Below are positions 40,743-41,789 of a DNA stretch of 41,789 nt, piece by piece; within the stretch, counting starts at the first letter, position 1; every line of letters begins with the position of its first letter. The stretch lies in contig QNBN01000002.1 of NCBI GenBank assembly GCA_003645695.1, positions 1-41,789 on the forward strand. The letters are read 5' to 3'. The translations under genes and the position numbers were made by a program. This stretch comes from Spirochaetota bacterium (GTDB taxonomy: Bacteria; Spirochaetota; B62-G9). The notes under the pieces were generated by a model. That model worked only from the letters and a program-made list of their open reading frames with translations, did not search any database and was not told the DNA's origin.

Positions 40743-40895
40743 TCACTTTATTAAAAATACATCAACATCCAAAAATTCCACTATTATCTTTATCAACCCC
40801 ATTTTCCCATTTCTTACCTGAAAATATCTCAATCCCTCTCTCAAATAGATGTTTGTCCCCCTGATAGAACATATTAAAATGTATGCCATATTCAT
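40743..40895 (-). CDS. Hypothetical 50-aa ORF in the long dnaJ-like/tatA spacer, with weak GIY-YIG-like resemblance. Coding status doubtful.
   Basis: Hand translation gives MNMAYILICSIRGTNIYLREGLRYFQVRNGKMGLIKIIVEFLDVDVFLIK*. AAGGGA sits 6 nt upstream. Below the track's length cutoff, and no other support. Confidence 0.2.
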   Translation of the reverse strand: MNMAYILICSIRGTNIYLREGLRYFQVRNGKMGLIKIIVEFLDVDVFLIK

Positions 40896-41070
40896 CACAA
40901 ATCCCTTAAATAGGTACTTTGTTTTTTAAATGGATCCATAATAACTAAACTTTTTTTCAGGAGGATATTCTTTCCTACTAGATATTCATAATTAAACTCT
41001 CTCTATTTTCAACATTATTACACATCTGAAGCAGAACAAAAATTATTCATATTCCTTTAACATTATTTTA

Positions 41071-41556
41071 CTATACCCCAGGTTTTGGAGGTTGTCCCTG
41101 CTGACCCTGATCAAACTCACTCCCCTGCTGCTGTTGAGCCTGACTGGACTGATTACCATAAGGGGATTGTGATTGCACAGCTTCTGCCTGGGACTTATTA
41201 GAGTTGTACGGTTGCTGTGAAGCCTGATACGGATTTGTTCCTCCTGCTGGTGGTTGTTGTTGAGGATTCTGGTACATATTTGGTCCCTGTGAAGCCTGTT
41301 GAGTACCCTGCCATTGATTGTACTGCTGGTTATACTGTTCCTGCTGTGGAGGGTTATTCTGATTGGATCCTTGAGAATAATTTACCTTTGGTGTTTCTTC
41401 ACTATCATCTTCCTCTATACCTTTTACCGTTTTCTTAAACTCTTTAATACCAAGTCCCAATGATCTTGCAATTTTTGGAAGTCTTGACGCACCAAAAACT
41501 AGCAATCCGACGACTAAAATAACTAATATCTCCTGAACACCTATTCCTCCAAGCAT
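41071..41556 (-). CDS. tatA: Twin-arginine translocase TatA/E-family protein with a Q/N-rich C-terminal extension of about 110 aa
   Basis: N-terminus GIGVQEILVILVVGLLVFGASRLPKIARSLGLGIKEFKK is canonical TatA (TM plus amphipathic helix). The rest is Q/N/P/S/Y/G-rich low complexity. GGAGG RBS. Confidence 0.85.
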   Translation of the reverse strand: MLGGIGVQEILVILVVGLLVFGASRLPKIARSLGLGIKEFKKTVKGIEEDDSEETPKVNYSQGSNQNNPPQQEQYNQQYNQWQGTQQASQGPNMYQNPQQQPPAGGTNPYQASQQPYNSNKSQAEAVQSQSPYGNQSSQAQQQQGSEFDQGQQGQPPKPGV

Positions 41557-41677
41557 GTTAGTCCTCCAATGTTTTATATATCTTAATAATACCTTTATAC
41601 AATAAATATTGCAAGATAAAAAATTATTAATTTTAGAATCACTTTAATTTGTAAACCCTCTGTAACTAATCTTTACA

Positions 41678-41789
41678 TAAGGTTTTATTCATTTAATTAA
41701 CGGTTTTTGTACCAGAATTCTCTGTTGTCTTTAATAATAGTATTTAAGTTCTAATTAGTAATGTTAAAATATTCAAGGTTACTTAAAAG
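41678..41789 (+). repeat. Intergenic repeat family, copy B (plus orientation), truncated by the window end, upstream of tatA
   Basis: AAGGTTTTATTCATTTAATTAACGGTTTTTGTACCAGAATTCTCTGTTG...TTAATAATAGTATTTAAGTTCTAATTAG aligns with copy A across the left and middle modules. Confidence 0.6.

Noticed and set aside
40401-41070. Reading the long spacer as a multiply disrupted pseudogene (e.g. MNKKLDIEAI*DMLKDRYGLAYFI*RGFLLGY*)
   Set aside because: Stops every 10-25 codons are what AT-rich random sequence gives, and none of the fragments carries a recognisable motif. Only the 50-codon ORF with an RBS-like site was kept, as a low-confidence feature.
41217-41438. 73-aa plus-strand ORF opposite the tatA tail
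   Set aside because: It is an antisense shadow of the repetitive CAG/CAA-rich tail region (giving L/V/P-rich sequence), with no RBS.
1-41789. CRISPR arrays, rRNA genes, IS elements, integrases, and toxin-antitoxin or defence cassettes
   Set aside because: I found no regularly spaced direct repeats with unique spacers, no rRNA-like conserved blocks, and no ORF with transposase, recombinase, nuclease-NTPase or toxin signatures. The only repeats are the irregularly dispersed intergenic family described above.

Overview
AT-rich bacterial window made up almost entirely of the ribosomal-protein and transcription/translation cluster, nearly all on the minus strand. Reading 5'->3' on the minus strand: tRNA-Thr, rpmG, tRNA-Trp, secE, nusG, rplK-rplA-rplJ-rplL, rpoB-rpoC, rpsL-rpsG-fusA-tuf, rpsJ, rplD-rplW-rplB-rpsS-rplV-rpsC-rplP-rpmC-rpsQ, rplN-rplX-rplE-rpsZ-rpsH-rplF-rplR-rpsE-rpmD-rplO-secY, infA-rpmJ-rpsM-rpsK-rpsD, rpoA-rplQ. 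rpmJ, rpmG and both tRNAs are missing from the ORF track and were found by hand. Left flank: a family-3 solute-binding protein gene broken by an in-frame TAA, an ApbE-type lipoprotein, and a CbiQ/EcfT-like membrane ORF. Right flank: a bactofilin plus small TPR protein pair, a receiver-domain protein tightly coupled to lnt, an HU/IHF-like gene, rpsT, uvrC (plus strand), a membrane-anchored J-domain protein, and a TatA with a long Q/N-rich tail. Hand checks found 10 non-ATG starts (TTG: rpsQ, rpsS, rpsE, secE, rpsT, HU; GTG: rpsK, rpsH, rplA, rpsG). I see no CRISPR array, transposase, integrase, toxin or defence genes, and no rRNA, so I cannot support a new protein-based system here. The unusual signals are mostly non-coding. 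(1) A dispersed intergenic repeat family of about 210 nt occurs in both orientations inside the cluster and in the flanks, with exact 24-mer and 18-mer matches. Its left end carries an outward extended -10 box wherever a gene lies there. (2) rplC is absent from its near-universal slot between rpsJ and rplD and is replaced by a 211-nt structured spacer. (3) The rpsL-rpsG spacer is 378 nt and contains a GC-rich two-hairpin element ending in a terminator-like hairpin that abuts the rpsG RBS. (4) TatA carries a prion-like Q/N-rich extension. All functional interpretations are inference from sequence and need genome-wide searches, covariance scans or transcript mapping.
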